Assembly: GCA_002719095.1 (NCBI GenBank)
Contig: PBGO01000024.1
Location: forward strand, 1-62,528
DNA length: 62,528 bases
Direction: 5' to 3'
Source of the DNA: Fidelibacterota bacterium
GTDB taxonomy: Bacteria > Fidelibacterota > Marinisomatia > SCGC-AAA003-L08 > D37C17
The notes under the pieces were generated by a model. That model saw nothing but the letters and a program-made list of their open reading frames with translations, ran no database searches and was not told the origin of the DNA. Below, piece by piece: positions 37,119 to 45,985 of the stretch; within the stretch, counting starts at the first letter, position 1, and each line of letters opens with the position of its first letter. The translations under genes were made by a program, and so were the position numbers.

Positions 37119-38216
37119 CTAGTCTAATATTATCTCTAGATTAGCCCTTGGAACAAGCTTTCTTTCATTATTATCGAACTCTACTTCAGCAATTCTTGCT
37201 TTAGTTTCAGATTCTATCATAACCGGTTCAGATGGCAATTTCATAACTATACCTATTTTTCCAAAATAAGGTTCTCTAATGACTCTAACATTTGAGCCTT
37301 CCTTGATCACTAAGTCATTCTCATCAAAAGACTTAATGAAGTCTTTTTTATTTGGTGACGGTATTATTACTTCAGGGCGAATTACTCCTGCCCTAATTTG
37401 CGTAGCCCCATTTATTGATACTTTTGATTTATTATATTTTTTTAACAACTCAAAGGTTTTGGAAGACATCTCTACATCACCAAAACCTTCTGTAATTACT
37501 AATGTTGTCGAAATATTCTCAGTGCCCGTAATTGCAACCCCTAACCTATATCCCAAAATATCGCTCAATGATTTATAATCAAAACCACCAGCAACGACAC
37601 CTAACGCTCCTTTTCTTGATAATGAGTCGTACTTTTTTTTATTTATAGAACCTCTTATCACAACTATCTTTCCTTCAAAATCTTCAGATACTTGATCGTC
37701 CAAGAAAAGTAATTCACCCTTTTTTTCACCGCCGACTCCTATGATTCCTTGGACGAGACATCCTTCTGACCTGACAACTACACCTTCATTATTAATAATT
37801 TCTTTGATTTCTCCATCAATATAAGCATCAATCTCAATTGGAATATCAGGTTCAGATATCATAATTTGACCTGTTGTTGTTGAAATATTTGATATTTTAC
37901 CCTCAATAGGGCTTTTTACCTGTGTCTTAAAAAATCCAAATAGACCTTTATTTTCAGCTATCACTTCATCTTTTTTTACATGCTGATTAATTTTAACAAT
38001 TAAGTAATCTTTTAATGACGAAGCATCTATATTGAGTTGACTTGCAATATTAATCATATGAATGTTTCCAGGTAATTTAGTTGATGCAACAATAGTATCA
38101 TTATTTACAAAATCGCCTTTATTGCAATTAATATCTCCTTTTAATGGAAGTTTGCGTTCCCTTTCGATTTCTGTGTTATTTAAGATTTTTAATCCAGGTG
38201 TGTATGATTTAGCCAT
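37119..38216 (-). CDS. Unknown soluble protein with barrel-sandwich-hybrid-like segments and a C-terminal KOW-like motif (cluster member 2)
   Basis: Two segments have the lipoyl/biotinyl-like pattern GDxVxxxxxIA...P-G-x-I (GDFVNNDTIVASTKLPGNIHMI; VKKDEVIAENKG..VKSPIEGKISNI) but lack a Lys attachment motif. The C-terminus KEGSNVRVIREPYFGKIGIVMKL...AEVEF resembles a KOW motif. Confidence 0.55.
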   Translation of the reverse strand: MAKSYTPGLKILNNTEIERERKLPLKGDINCNKGDFVNNDTIVASTKLPGNIHMINIASQLNIDASSLKDYLIVKINQHVKKDEVIAENKGLFGFFKTQVKSPIEGKISNISTTTGQIMISEPDIPIEIDAYIDGEIKEIINNEGVVVRSEGCLVQGIIGVGGEKKGELLFLDDQVSEDFEGKIVVIRGSINKKKYDSLSRKGALGVVAGGFDYKSLSDILGYRLGVAITGTENISTTLVITEGFGDVEMSSKTFELLKKYNKSKVSINGATQIRAGVIRPEVIIPSPNKKDFIKSFDENDLVIKEGSNVRVIREPYFGKIGIVMKLPSEPVMIESETKARIAEVEFDNNERKLVPRANLEIILD

Positions 38217-38217
38217 T

Positions 38218-40059
38218 TTATAGATTTATCTTTTTTGTTATGTTATTAGATTTAGAATCAAAATTTAGAACTTTTACTTCATCGTACCATTCTTTGAGCT
38301 TTTCTTTATTTGGAATAATAAGTTGATTGTTAGATTGTCTGAGTCTACCGTCAAAAAGAATTCCAACCTCTCCTCCAAAAATATCAGTATGAATTTTTTG
38401 CCCATAACCATTTCCTAAATCAACATCATTTTTTGGAGTTAATGTAATCTTTACCGCTTCGTATTTAACTGGTATCAGCTTAAGCTCATTAGACTTAATT
38501 AAACCAGAGTATTTTTTATTTTCATAATTAAACTCATACTCAAATAGATTAAAATTACCTGATTTACGTTTTGATATTGGATTGACAGAAGAACCTAGCC
38601 TAACCAAACAATCCCGTTCAAACACTTCTAATGCTGCATTAGTATGAATACTTGACAAGACACCTAATTGAGGCATCATAAAAATAGAATCAACAGCTAT
38701 TTGAGTTATACCAAGTGGCTTAAAGGAATCAACCATCATTAGAAAAGATTGACTTCTTCGCGGCGCGTGAGATAAAACACCTCCAGAACCAACAATTAAG
38801 TCAAGTTCAAACATATCTACAAGAGTTTTACCGGAAGCACTTTGTCTAAAAGCATCAGATATTGTTCTTTCTTGTTGCACCCCTTTCAAAGAAACAGCAA
38901 ACTGCTTATGTTGATAAAATGATAGACTCAGTGCTTCTCGAGCCAAAGATTGCTCAATGATTAGTTCTTCCATACTCTGTGGAATTGTTGTGGGCCTAAT
39001 CATTTTATTTGCAACACGATTTGTTAAATCTATATCATCAATTTCAAAAGGAAGCCATCTAGCAATAGAATCATATCCCGACTCTGCTAAAACATTGCAT
39101 ATAGAATAACTCATTCCAAGATTTGCGCTAACTGTTCTGTTAAAAATCCCTTTAAAAACAGAAAAAACATCTGTAGTAGCTCCTCCAATATCGACCCCTA
39201 CTACCGAAATTTTATTTTCCGTTGCAATCTGCTTAATTATCTCTCCTACAGCTCCAGGTGTTGGCATAATTGGAGCATCTGTCCAACTCATTAATTTTTC
39301 ATAGCCAGGCGCTTGAGCCATTACATGCTCCATGAATAAGTCATGTATTTTATCTCTGCTGGGCTGCAAATTTTCTTTTTCAAGCGTAGGACGTATATTA
39401 TCGACAATTTGAAGATCGGTATTTTTTTCTAATTTATCTTTGATTTCATTTCTAGCATTTTTATTCCCTGCATATATAATTGGAATTTTAAATTCTAACC
39501 CAAGTCTTGGCTTGGGGTTTGCTGACTCTAATACCTCTGCAAGCTTGACAACATGAGAAATTGTACCTCCATCAATTCCTCCAGATAACAAAATCATATC
39601 TGGACGTAGATCACGTATTCTTTTAACTTTTTCATGGAATAATCGTCTGTCATTTGAAGCTAATACATCCATTACAATTGAACCTGCACCAAGTGCTGCC
39701 CTTTGAGCGCTCTCAGCAGTCATCGATTTAACAACTCCAGCAACCATCATTTGAAGCCCACCTCCAGCTGAACTTGTAGATATATAAATATCAATTCCTA
39801 AATCATCTTCTAATGATGGGGTAATAATTTTATTTTTATCTAAAATTTTTATCCCTGATAACTCTTCAAGCTCAATAATTGAGTTGATTACCCCTTTAGT
39901 GACATCCTCAAAAGGTTCTTCAACAGTTGTTGGCGCTTCACCTCTGTGGGTAAGTTGAAAAATACCATCAATCTTTTGAATTAAAATAGCTTTTGTGGTT
40001 GTTGAACCACAGTCAGTAGCTAAAATAGATTTAATATTTTTTATATCTTTTACTTTCAT
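38218..40059 (-). CDS. GlmL/MutL-like actin-fold (ASKHA) ATPase with roughly 130-aa C-terminal extension (cluster member 1)
   Basis: The phosphate-1 motif is ILATDCGSTTTKAILI. SSAGGGLQMMVAG, PDMILLSGGIDGG, IIYAGNK and the phosphate-2 motif VVGVDIGGATTDVFSV follow. This order matches the glutamate-mutase component-L family as I recall it. Confidence 0.7.
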   Translation of the reverse strand: MKVKDIKNIKSILATDCGSTTTKAILIQKIDGIFQLTHRGEAPTTVEEPFEDVTKGVINSIIELEELSGIKILDKNKIITPSLEDDLGIDIYISTSSAGGGLQMMVAGVVKSMTAESAQRAALGAGSIVMDVLASNDRRLFHEKVKRIRDLRPDMILLSGGIDGGTISHVVKLAEVLESANPKPRLGLEFKIPIIYAGNKNARNEIKDKLEKNTDLQIVDNIRPTLEKENLQPSRDKIHDLFMEHVMAQAPGYEKLMSWTDAPIMPTPGAVGEIIKQIATENKISVVGVDIGGATTDVFSVFKGIFNRTVSANLGMSYSICNVLAESGYDSIARWLPFEIDDIDLTNRVANKMIRPTTIPQSMEELIIEQSLAREALSLSFYQHKQFAVSLKGVQQERTISDAFRQSASGKTLVDMFELDLIVGSGGVLSHAPRRSQSFLMMVDSFKPLGITQIAVDSIFMMPQLGVLSSIHTNAALEVFERDCLVRLGSSVNPISKRKSGNFNLFEYEFNYENKKYSGLIKSNELKLIPVKYEAVKITLTPKNDVDLGNGYGQKIHTDIFGGEVGILFDGRLRQSNNQLIIPNKEKLKEWYDEVKVLNFDSKSNNITKKINL

Positions 40060-40883
40060 ACAATGTATCTTAATAATAAATACAAATACAAAACAGGCGA
40101 CGCAAAGCTTAAAGAATCAAATCTATCTAATAAACCTCCGTGACCTTGCAAAATGTTGCTCGTATCTTTAATATTTCTTTCTCGTTTAAATGAAGATTCA
40201 AGCAAATCTCCTATCTGACCCAAAACCCCAAAAATCAGGCCAAATACAATATAATCTAAAATATTAAAATTTGAGATAGGAATAAAAGTGTAAAATATCA
40301 AAACTATGAACATACTACCAATAGTTCCTGACATTGCGCCAAACCAGGTTTTATTTGGACTCAAAGAAGGACTTAATTTTTTTCTACCATATTTTTTACC
40401 AAAGAAAAAAGCAAAAGTATCGCATGTCCATATTGAAATAAACATCATATATGTGATATTTAGCCCTATATCTAAATTTCGAACAAGAACTAAGCTACCA
40501 ATACAAACACCAATAAAAACTACACCAAAAATGGAATTTGATAATGTTTTTAGTGGTTTCTTGGTTACGCAAATTGTTGACATTAATGAGCCTATCAACA
40601 AATGGATAACTATAACTATAGCAACGAAAGATGTGGACTTAAAATTATATAATGTTAAAAATAAACCACATATGCTCACGAAATTTAAGTTTTTGATGTG
40701 TTTATATTGTGTTTCGGTTAAACTATTCCACTCAACCGTTGATAAAATCATGATTATAAATACTAGAATTGAAAAAACAGGGATTGTGATAATCGAATCA
40801 TCGCCCAAAAAAATACAAGTCAAAAGAAAAGGAATACCTATTAAATTGACGATTGTTCTTGAACTATTTGACTTATTTTTCAT
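40056..40883 (-). CDS. cdsA: Phosphatidate cytidylyltransferase
   Basis: Polytopic membrane protein with the C-terminal signature SFKRERNIKDTSNILQGHGGLLDRFDS. Confidence 0.85.
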   Translation of the reverse strand: MKNKSNSSRTIVNLIGIPFLLTCIFLGDDSIITIPVFSILVFIIMILSTVEWNSLTETQYKHIKNLNFVSICGLFLTLYNFKSTSFVAIVIVIHLLIGSLMSTICVTKKPLKTLSNSIFGVVFIGVCIGSLVLVRNLDIGLNITYMMFISIWTCDTFAFFFGKKYGRKKLSPSLSPNKTWFGAMSGTIGSMFIVLIFYTFIPISNFNILDYIVFGLIFGVLGQIGDLLESSFKRERNIKDTSNILQGHGGLLDRFDSLSFASPVLYLYLLLRYIV

Positions 40884-41345
40884 TTATTTTAAGTGATGCA
40901 TGTATTTATTATCTCCCCATTCAATAACCTTAATTTCAACATTTGCTGTACCTTGATTAATGAAATCTAATTTTTTAGCAGCCCCATAAGAGCAATCCAA
41001 AATACGGTTGCCTACATACGGCCCCCTATCATTAATTCTTAAAATTAATGATTTACCGTTGTCTAAATTAGTTACTCTTGCAACAGTATTAAAAGGAATC
41101 TCTTTGTGAGCAGCTGTGACTCCGTACATATCGAATACCTCACCATTCGCAGTAAGCTTTCCGTGAAAATTTGGACCATAATAAGATGCTACTCCCCTAA
41201 AAATAGTTTTACTTTTATTGAATCCACTACTTTTTTTGATAGCTTTCTGATTTTCATTTGGTACGTTAGTTGAATTGTACCTTGGAGATGGAGCGCAAGA
41301 TGAGTATATAAAAAGAAAGATAATTAAAATAAAATTACGCATCAA
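40884..41345 (-). CDS. rlpA: RlpA-like lytic transglycosylase (double-psi beta-barrel) lipoprotein
   Basis: A signal peptide with Cys (IYSSCA) is followed by GVASYYGPNFHGKLTANGEVFD and ILRINDRGPY. Confidence 0.75.
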   Translation of the reverse strand: MMRNFILIIFLFIYSSCAPSPRYNSTNVPNENQKAIKKSSGFNKSKTIFRGVASYYGPNFHGKLTANGEVFDMYGVTAAHKEIPFNTVARVTNLDNGKSLILRINDRGPYVGNRILDCSYGAAKKLDFINQGTANVEIKVIEWGDNKYMHHLK

Positions 41346-42246
41346 AAAAAACTCCTTTTAGTTGCTCAATACATGACAGGTTATTTTTCATTAAAAAAGA
41401 TTTCAAGTTATCGTATAAATTTGTTGTAAGTGAGGGATCTCTATAATTTAAAGTTCCAATTTGAATCATTTGAGATCCCACTCTCATAAATTCAATTATA
41501 TCCTTATAATTCATTATTCCACCCATACCGATTATAGGTATTTTAATATTTTGATAAATTTTGTGAACTTTTGCTAAAGCCATTGGCTTGATTGCCGGAC
41601 CAGAAATGCCACCAAACTTTGTACTGAGAATCATTTTACCTGTTTTGTAGTCAACACCCAAGCCTACAAAAGTATTCACAGCACTTATTGCATCAGCTCC
41701 AGCGCTTTCTGCAGCAAGAGCAATATTTTCAATACTAGTTACATTTGGAGTTAATTTTACTATGATTAATTTTTCAGTTTGTGATCTAATTTTTCCTATT
41801 AATTCTTCAACCATGGAACTACTGACACCAAACTCAATGCCACCCTTTTTTGTATTGGGACACGAAATATTTAATTCATAACCTATATGACCACTACTTG
41901 TTTTTTCAATTTCATTTATTACTTTGAGGTATTCTTCGAATGTTGATCCTGCTATACTTATAATTATATTTGTATTAATTGAATTAAGTTTTGGTAGTTT
42001 AAACTTACAAAAATTACTTACACCAATATTTGCTAATCCTATTGAATTAATCATTCCATAATTAACTTCGTGAATTCTGGGACTAGGGTTACCCTTTCTT
42101 GGTTCATAGGTAATTGATTTAGTCACTATCGCTCCTACTTTTTTATAATCGATTAAATTACTGACTTCATCACCATAACCAACAGTACCACTGGCTAAAA
42201 TTATAGGAGAATTAAAACTTATTTGTTTTAAGTTTGTTTTAAGCAT
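41335..42246 (-). CDS. pyrD: Dihydroorotate dehydrogenase, class 1
   Basis: Motifs ASGTVGYG, ELNISCPN (catalytic Cys), GGISGPAIKPMAL and IIGMGGI are present. Confidence 0.85.
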   Translation of the reverse strand: MLKTNLKQISFNSPIILASGTVGYGDEVSNLIDYKKVGAIVTKSITYEPRKGNPSPRIHEVNYGMINSIGLANIGVSNFCKFKLPKLNSINTNIIISIAGSTFEEYLKVINEIEKTSSGHIGYELNISCPNTKKGGIEFGVSSSMVEELIGKIRSQTEKLIIVKLTPNVTSIENIALAAESAGADAISAVNTFVGLGVDYKTGKMILSTKFGGISGPAIKPMALAKVHKIYQNIKIPIIGMGGIMNYKDIIEFMRVGSQMIQIGTLNYRDPSLTTNLYDNLKSFLMKNNLSCIEQLKGVFFDA

Positions 42247-42253
42247 TAAGAGA

Positions 42254-42469
42254 CTACCTATTTAAACTATCCATTTTTTCACACCAAATCAAATAGTTCC
42301 AAATATCATTAAATGTTCTGAAAGGATGCTTTATAGCATACCTCCATCCGCCAGGGTAAGCTGTTTCTAATCGCCAAAATAGATATTCTGAAGACCATGA
42401 CCTCATTTTCCATAAAATTTTTATCATTTTCACTATTTTATTGATACTCATTTCATTCTCTGTTTTCAA
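42254..42469 (-). CDS. Hypothetical small Trp-rich protein
   Basis: 71 aa. It overlaps the upstream TPR gene by 17 nt. I recognise no motif. Confidence 0.35.
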   Translation of the reverse strand: MKTENEMSINKIVKMIKILWKMRSWSSEYLFWRLETAYPGGWRYAIKHPFRTFNDIWNYLIWCEKMDSLNR

Positions 42470-44567
42470 AATGATTATTTAACTCGTCTAATAACGTATT
42501 TTTTCTAACTAATTCATCAAGATTAATTTTTTTTAGAGGATTGTCAAAAAAAACCATATTTGTATCAACAAATTCAAAATTAATATTTTCGTAATTGTAC
42601 TTGCTTGTGTAATTATTTAATACCCACTTAGATTGATTAATATACAATGAAGAGTCGTAATCTTCTATTAGGTATTTAAATTTTTGAATACCAGCATCTT
42701 TGTTGTCAAAGTCAAAAAAATCTATTTCTGCCATATGATAAACCACTGAGTCACTATTTAAATTTTTATTTTCTAATAAATTATTATAATCATTCAGTTT
42801 CTTAATTAAATGCGATATTGCTGGATATATTTGCTCAGTTCTTCTTACTTCAATGGATTGAATTAAAGTTTTAGCAGAATCATAATTATTTTCCGCAATC
42901 ATTTTAAATGTGCTGTTAAGAAGAATTTTTTGACTATTCAATCTTTTGAGATCGATAATATTATTTTTAATATCTATTAATCTGTTATTTATAAATTCTA
43001 TAGATGGATGATTTGGAATTGAATCTTGAATCTTTAAATATATTGGTATTGCTTCATTTAAATCATAATTATAAAAATCACTTATGTATGCATAATTAAA
43101 TAATGAAATAGAATCGGCATATTCTAAATACATATCTTTATAAAATTTCAATTTCGAATCATTTGTTTTGAGATTAAAAACCTCGTTTCTTATAGTAGTT
43201 AAACTATCTATATTTTGCTGTAAAGAGTTTGAGGTCTCCAATTTGAAACCATCATTGTGGTAAGATAAAATATTATTAATTTGTTTTTTATACTTAGTAT
43301 CTGGGAACTTTAAAAGTAGATGCTCGTATCTAAAAAGCGCAGAGTCTATTTGATTAAAATCAAAATAAAAAATTTGTCCCATACTGAATAACAAAGAGTC
43401 TAGTTTTATTTCTGCTGGTTGGGGAATTGACATGTTCATTTCATTTTTTAAAGGTAAATCGTCAATAGTATTTTTTTGATAAAAAAAGTAATCCTCTTGC
43501 AAGCCTTCAAATTTGTCAATTTTTTCTTTTAAAAATCTTGCTTTCTTGGCATATTTTGACCTACTTCTTTCATCGATAGATTTGTCAATATATGTTTTTG
43601 CAAGCTCTAGATTATAATCTTCAAACAGAGATATTGTGGATAGTATATAATATGCTTCGGATGTTTCGTTTTTTTTTGAAAAATTGTCACATAAATCGTT
43701 AAGTACTTCAATAGCAAGATTAAGTCTATTGCTATCTTTGTACGCTCTAGCCTTGTAGATCAAAAGTTTAGGCTTAATCGATGAGTAATTGGGGTCCTCT
43801 ATTATATTATCAATATCTTGAATCACATCGTCAAATAGCTCCAATTTAATTTTGGATTCTATCCAATCAATTTTCAAATCTTTAATTTTGTTTAAGTCAT
43901 CTAAATTTTCGATTAAAAATTCTATGAATTTTATCTCCGATTCCGTATCCTCATTCTGTTCTGCTAATTTAATTAGTTTTCTTAGTGCAAAATTTTTCCT
44001 GGATTCTTTTGTGGTTGTTGTTGATGCAGATTGATAAAAATCATACGATTCTTGAAAACTTTCTTTATTTTCCATGATTTCAGCTTTAATTAAAAAATAT
44101 GTATACAAACTTTCCTTATCTAATTCAGATTCTTTAATCCTGTTTATATAGAAAAAAACTTTATCGTTATTTTTTAATCTCAAAAAGGAAAATGCAATAA
44201 ATAAATTTGCTTTAATGGAAATTTTAGAATCTGTTGATAAAATAGCTTTTTCTAAATTTTTGATTGATAATTCATACTGTTTTTGATAAAATAATGAAAT
44301 ACCTATTAATAAATGTGCCTTATCTATGTAATTACTATCAGGATATTTTTGAATTACAATTTTGGAATTTTCAATTGTTTTGTCAAGAAGAATTTGTGCT
44401 TCTGAAGGTATCTTAGAATCATCTAAAACTTGTGAATTTTCTATTATTTTTTGAGCAGATTCGAAAGACTTTTCAGCATTATAAAATGTGTTAAAATAGG
44501 CACATCTAAAGATTAGAACGAAAGCAAGTAAACTGAAAGATATTTTATTCAAAAATTTACTTTCCAT
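42453..44567 (-). CDS. Large TPR-like lipoprotein/anchored protein
   Basis: The ORF has an N-terminal hydrophobic segment ending in Cys (LIFRCAYFNTFYNAEKSF) and a BamD/YbgF-like block (IQKYPDSNYIDKAHLLIGISLFY). The architecture loosely recalls PorW/SprE-type T9SS lipoproteins, but I cannot confirm that. Confidence 0.5.
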   Translation of the reverse strand: MESKFLNKISFSLLAFVLIFRCAYFNTFYNAEKSFESAQKIIENSQVLDDSKIPSEAQILLDKTIENSKIVIQKYPDSNYIDKAHLLIGISLFYQKQYELSIKNLEKAILSTDSKISIKANLFIAFSFLRLKNNDKVFFYINRIKESELDKESLYTYFLIKAEIMENKESFQESYDFYQSASTTTTKESRKNFALRKLIKLAEQNEDTESEIKFIEFLIENLDDLNKIKDLKIDWIESKIKLELFDDVIQDIDNIIEDPNYSSIKPKLLIYKARAYKDSNRLNLAIEVLNDLCDNFSKKNETSEAYYILSTISLFEDYNLELAKTYIDKSIDERSRSKYAKKARFLKEKIDKFEGLQEDYFFYQKNTIDDLPLKNEMNMSIPQPAEIKLDSLLFSMGQIFYFDFNQIDSALFRYEHLLLKFPDTKYKKQINNILSYHNDGFKLETSNSLQQNIDSLTTIRNEVFNLKTNDSKLKFYKDMYLEYADSISLFNYAYISDFYNYDLNEAIPIYLKIQDSIPNHPSIEFINNRLIDIKNNIIDLKRLNSQKILLNSTFKMIAENNYDSAKTLIQSIEVRRTEQIYPAISHLIKKLNDYNNLLENKNLNSDSVVYHMAEIDFFDFDNKDAGIQKFKYLIEDYDSSLYINQSKWVLNNYTSKYNYENINFEFVDTNMVFFDNPLKKINLDELVRKNTLLDELNNHFENRE

Positions 44568-44589
44568 AATGCAATAACTGATTCATTTG

Positions 44590-44676
44590 TACCGAGGGCC
44601 GGAATCGAACCGGCACGAACATGTAATGTTCGAGGGATTTTAAGTCCCTTGTGTCTACCAGTTTCACCACCTCGGC
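44590..44676 (-). tRNA. tRNA-Leu (anticodon TAA)
   Basis: Reverse complement: GCCGAGG TG GTGAAACTGGTAGACAC AAGGGA-CTTAAAA-TCCCT, long variable arm, GCCGG-TTCGATT-CCGGC CCTCGGT-A. 87 nt. Confidence 0.9.
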
Positions 44677-44684
44677 AGATCGCG

Positions 44685-44756
44685 AGGCGTCGACCAGATT
44701 CGAACTGGTGAATGATGGTTTTGCAAACCACTGCCTTACCACTTGGCTACGACGCC
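44685..44756 (-). tRNA. tRNA-Cys (anticodon GCA)
   Basis: Reverse complement: GGCGTCG TAGCCAAGTGGTAAGGC AGTGGT-TTGCAAA-ACCAT .. CCAGTTCGAATCTGG CGACGCC-T. The discriminator is U, as expected for Cys. Confidence 0.9.
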
Positions 44757-44761
44757 ACTCG

Positions 44762-44834
44762 AGCGAAAGAAGGGATTCGAACCCTCGACCCTCACGTTGG
44801 CAACGTGATGCTCTACCAGCTGAGCTACTTTCGC
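44762..44834 (-). tRNA. tRNA-Gly (anticodon GCC)
   Basis: Reverse complement: GCGAAAG TAGCTCAGCTGGTAGAGC A TCACG-TTGCCAA-CGTGA GGGTC GAGGG-TTCGAAT-CCCTT CTTTCGC-T. 73 nt. Confidence 0.9.
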
Positions 44835-44896
44835 ATTATTCTCTTTAAAGAGCTATAAATATTAAATAAGAGATAGCTTAATTCCAAAACCTTTTA

Positions 44897-45985
44897 TTAA
44901 TGGTTATGCCATCTGTGAGGGTCCTCCATTGGACCTCCCAAATTTCTTGTCTTAATCTTGCCTTCATCAACTATTTTCAAAACATAAGGATTATCTTGAA
45001 TCGATTTATCCAACGTAATCTGTTTGACTTGTATTGTATTCTTAGCTTGATTAATTATGTTATTATACTTTTGAATGTTATCATTATAACTATTAATTAA
45101 GGATACATCAGCATCAGAAGACATGTTTTGAATTCTCTTTTTTTCAAGATTAATTAATTTATTGTAATAAGGCAAATCAACTATTGGATCAACCTTGTTA
45201 GTACTTTTAAAATCAAATTGATAAAGTACCTTACCTCTATCTCCTGTCGAATATATTGGAAAAACACTATTTCCTCCATCTCTAGATTTCCTCCTAGTAT
45301 TAGATCGCACTACAAAGTCAACTTCTAAATCAGATTTACTAATTTTTTTATAATCTTGATCTGATGAACTGAATAACAAAATTATAAAATCAGTTTTAGA
45401 CTTTAAATCAATAATGCTATTTTTAATAGATTCAAAAGGGTCTAACACGTATATATCATCAGATACAAATGTTGATGAGGCGCCAATGATACCAATTTTA
45501 AAGTTTTCTTTTTCAACTATTTTGTAGGGTTTAAAAATTAGATTAGACTTGGAATCAGCAATATTGCAAGATATGAAATCAAAATTTGATTCTTGTTGTA
45601 ATTTTTTAGCGAACTCTAAACCAGCTGAAAAATCTTTAGGACCTGGAGAGAAAGCATCGCATGATATATAGTTAAATGATTTGACAATAGTCATTGCATT
45701 TTCTTTAGCAACATCCATACTCACTCCTGGATCAATTTTTTCTAACTTAAAGAAAAGATTTCCAGCATCGAGAACTAGTGTTTTGTAGCCAGATTCCATT
45801 GAGTTCTTTACAACAGTACATTTGCGAGCAAGACCGCCCGCAGGTTTCTTTTTTCAGCCACATGGCTCAGTTTCGCCTTTTACGTCTCCAGAAATATAAA
45901 ATCTAATATGAGTTATATCTCCCTCACCGTTGGAAAATGAGAAACTAGAAATGACAAAAAGACAAATTAAAAAATAATTAAACAT
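44897..45985 (-). CDS. Candidate secreted selenoprotein (Cys-Gly-Sec motif) with a 5'-nucleotidase/metallophosphoesterase-like body; one in-frame TGA at 45856-45854
   Basis: ATG 45985 follows AAGGAG by 5 nt and overlaps the upstream gene's stop by 8 nt. Translation gives MFNYFLICLFVISSFSFSNGEGDITHIRFYISGDVKGETEPCG-TGA-KKKPAGGLARKCTVVKNS-MESGYKTLVLDAGNLFF, in frame with the 300-aa track ORF 44897-45799. GGLAR and LVLDAGN recall UshA-type blocks. Confidence 0.55.
45823..45842 (-). promoter_or_regulatory. SECIS-like hairpin downstream of the in-frame TGA
   Basis: The minus strand reads UGA-AAAAAGAAACC-UGCGGGC-GGUCUU-GCUCGCA. The stem has 7 bp (5 GC, 1 AU, 1 GU) and the loop has 6 nt. The loop GGUC begins exactly 18 nt after the UGA. 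Confidence 0.5.

Noticed and set aside
34378-38216. The idea that the unknown cluster is an Rnf/Nqr-like redox pump (NqrA-like barrel-sandwich protein; LSGAAS in member 6 resembling the SGAT flavinylation site)
   Set aside because: The Thr that would carry FMN is replaced by Ala. There are no Cys clusters for Fe-S centres. I saw no NqrB/D/E- or RnfA/E-like signatures, and no NADH/FAD-binding subunit is present.
40306-40896. Long antisense ORFs opposite well-supported genes (for example 40306-40896 opposite cdsA, 29960-30421 opposite rsmI, 13369-13737 opposite ggt, 23004-23658 opposite pheT/pheS)
   Set aside because: Their sequences are low-complexity and rich in Ser, Leu, Phe and Ile. They have no motifs, and each is fully nested in a gene with strong family signatures on the other strand.
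44549-44848. Three track ORFs (44549-44731, 44557-44742 and 44651-44848) across this interval
   Set aside because: They lie entirely over the tRNA-Gly/Cys/Leu cluster. The GC-rich tRNA sequence simply lacks stops.
45854-45856. Genetic-code reassignment of TGA (code 4 or 25) as the explanation for the in-frame TGA
   Set aside because: TGA clearly terminates other well-defined genes in the window, for example the TonB receptor at 18399-18401 and cluster member 3 at 36861-36863. All other family-recognisable genes are full length under the standard code.
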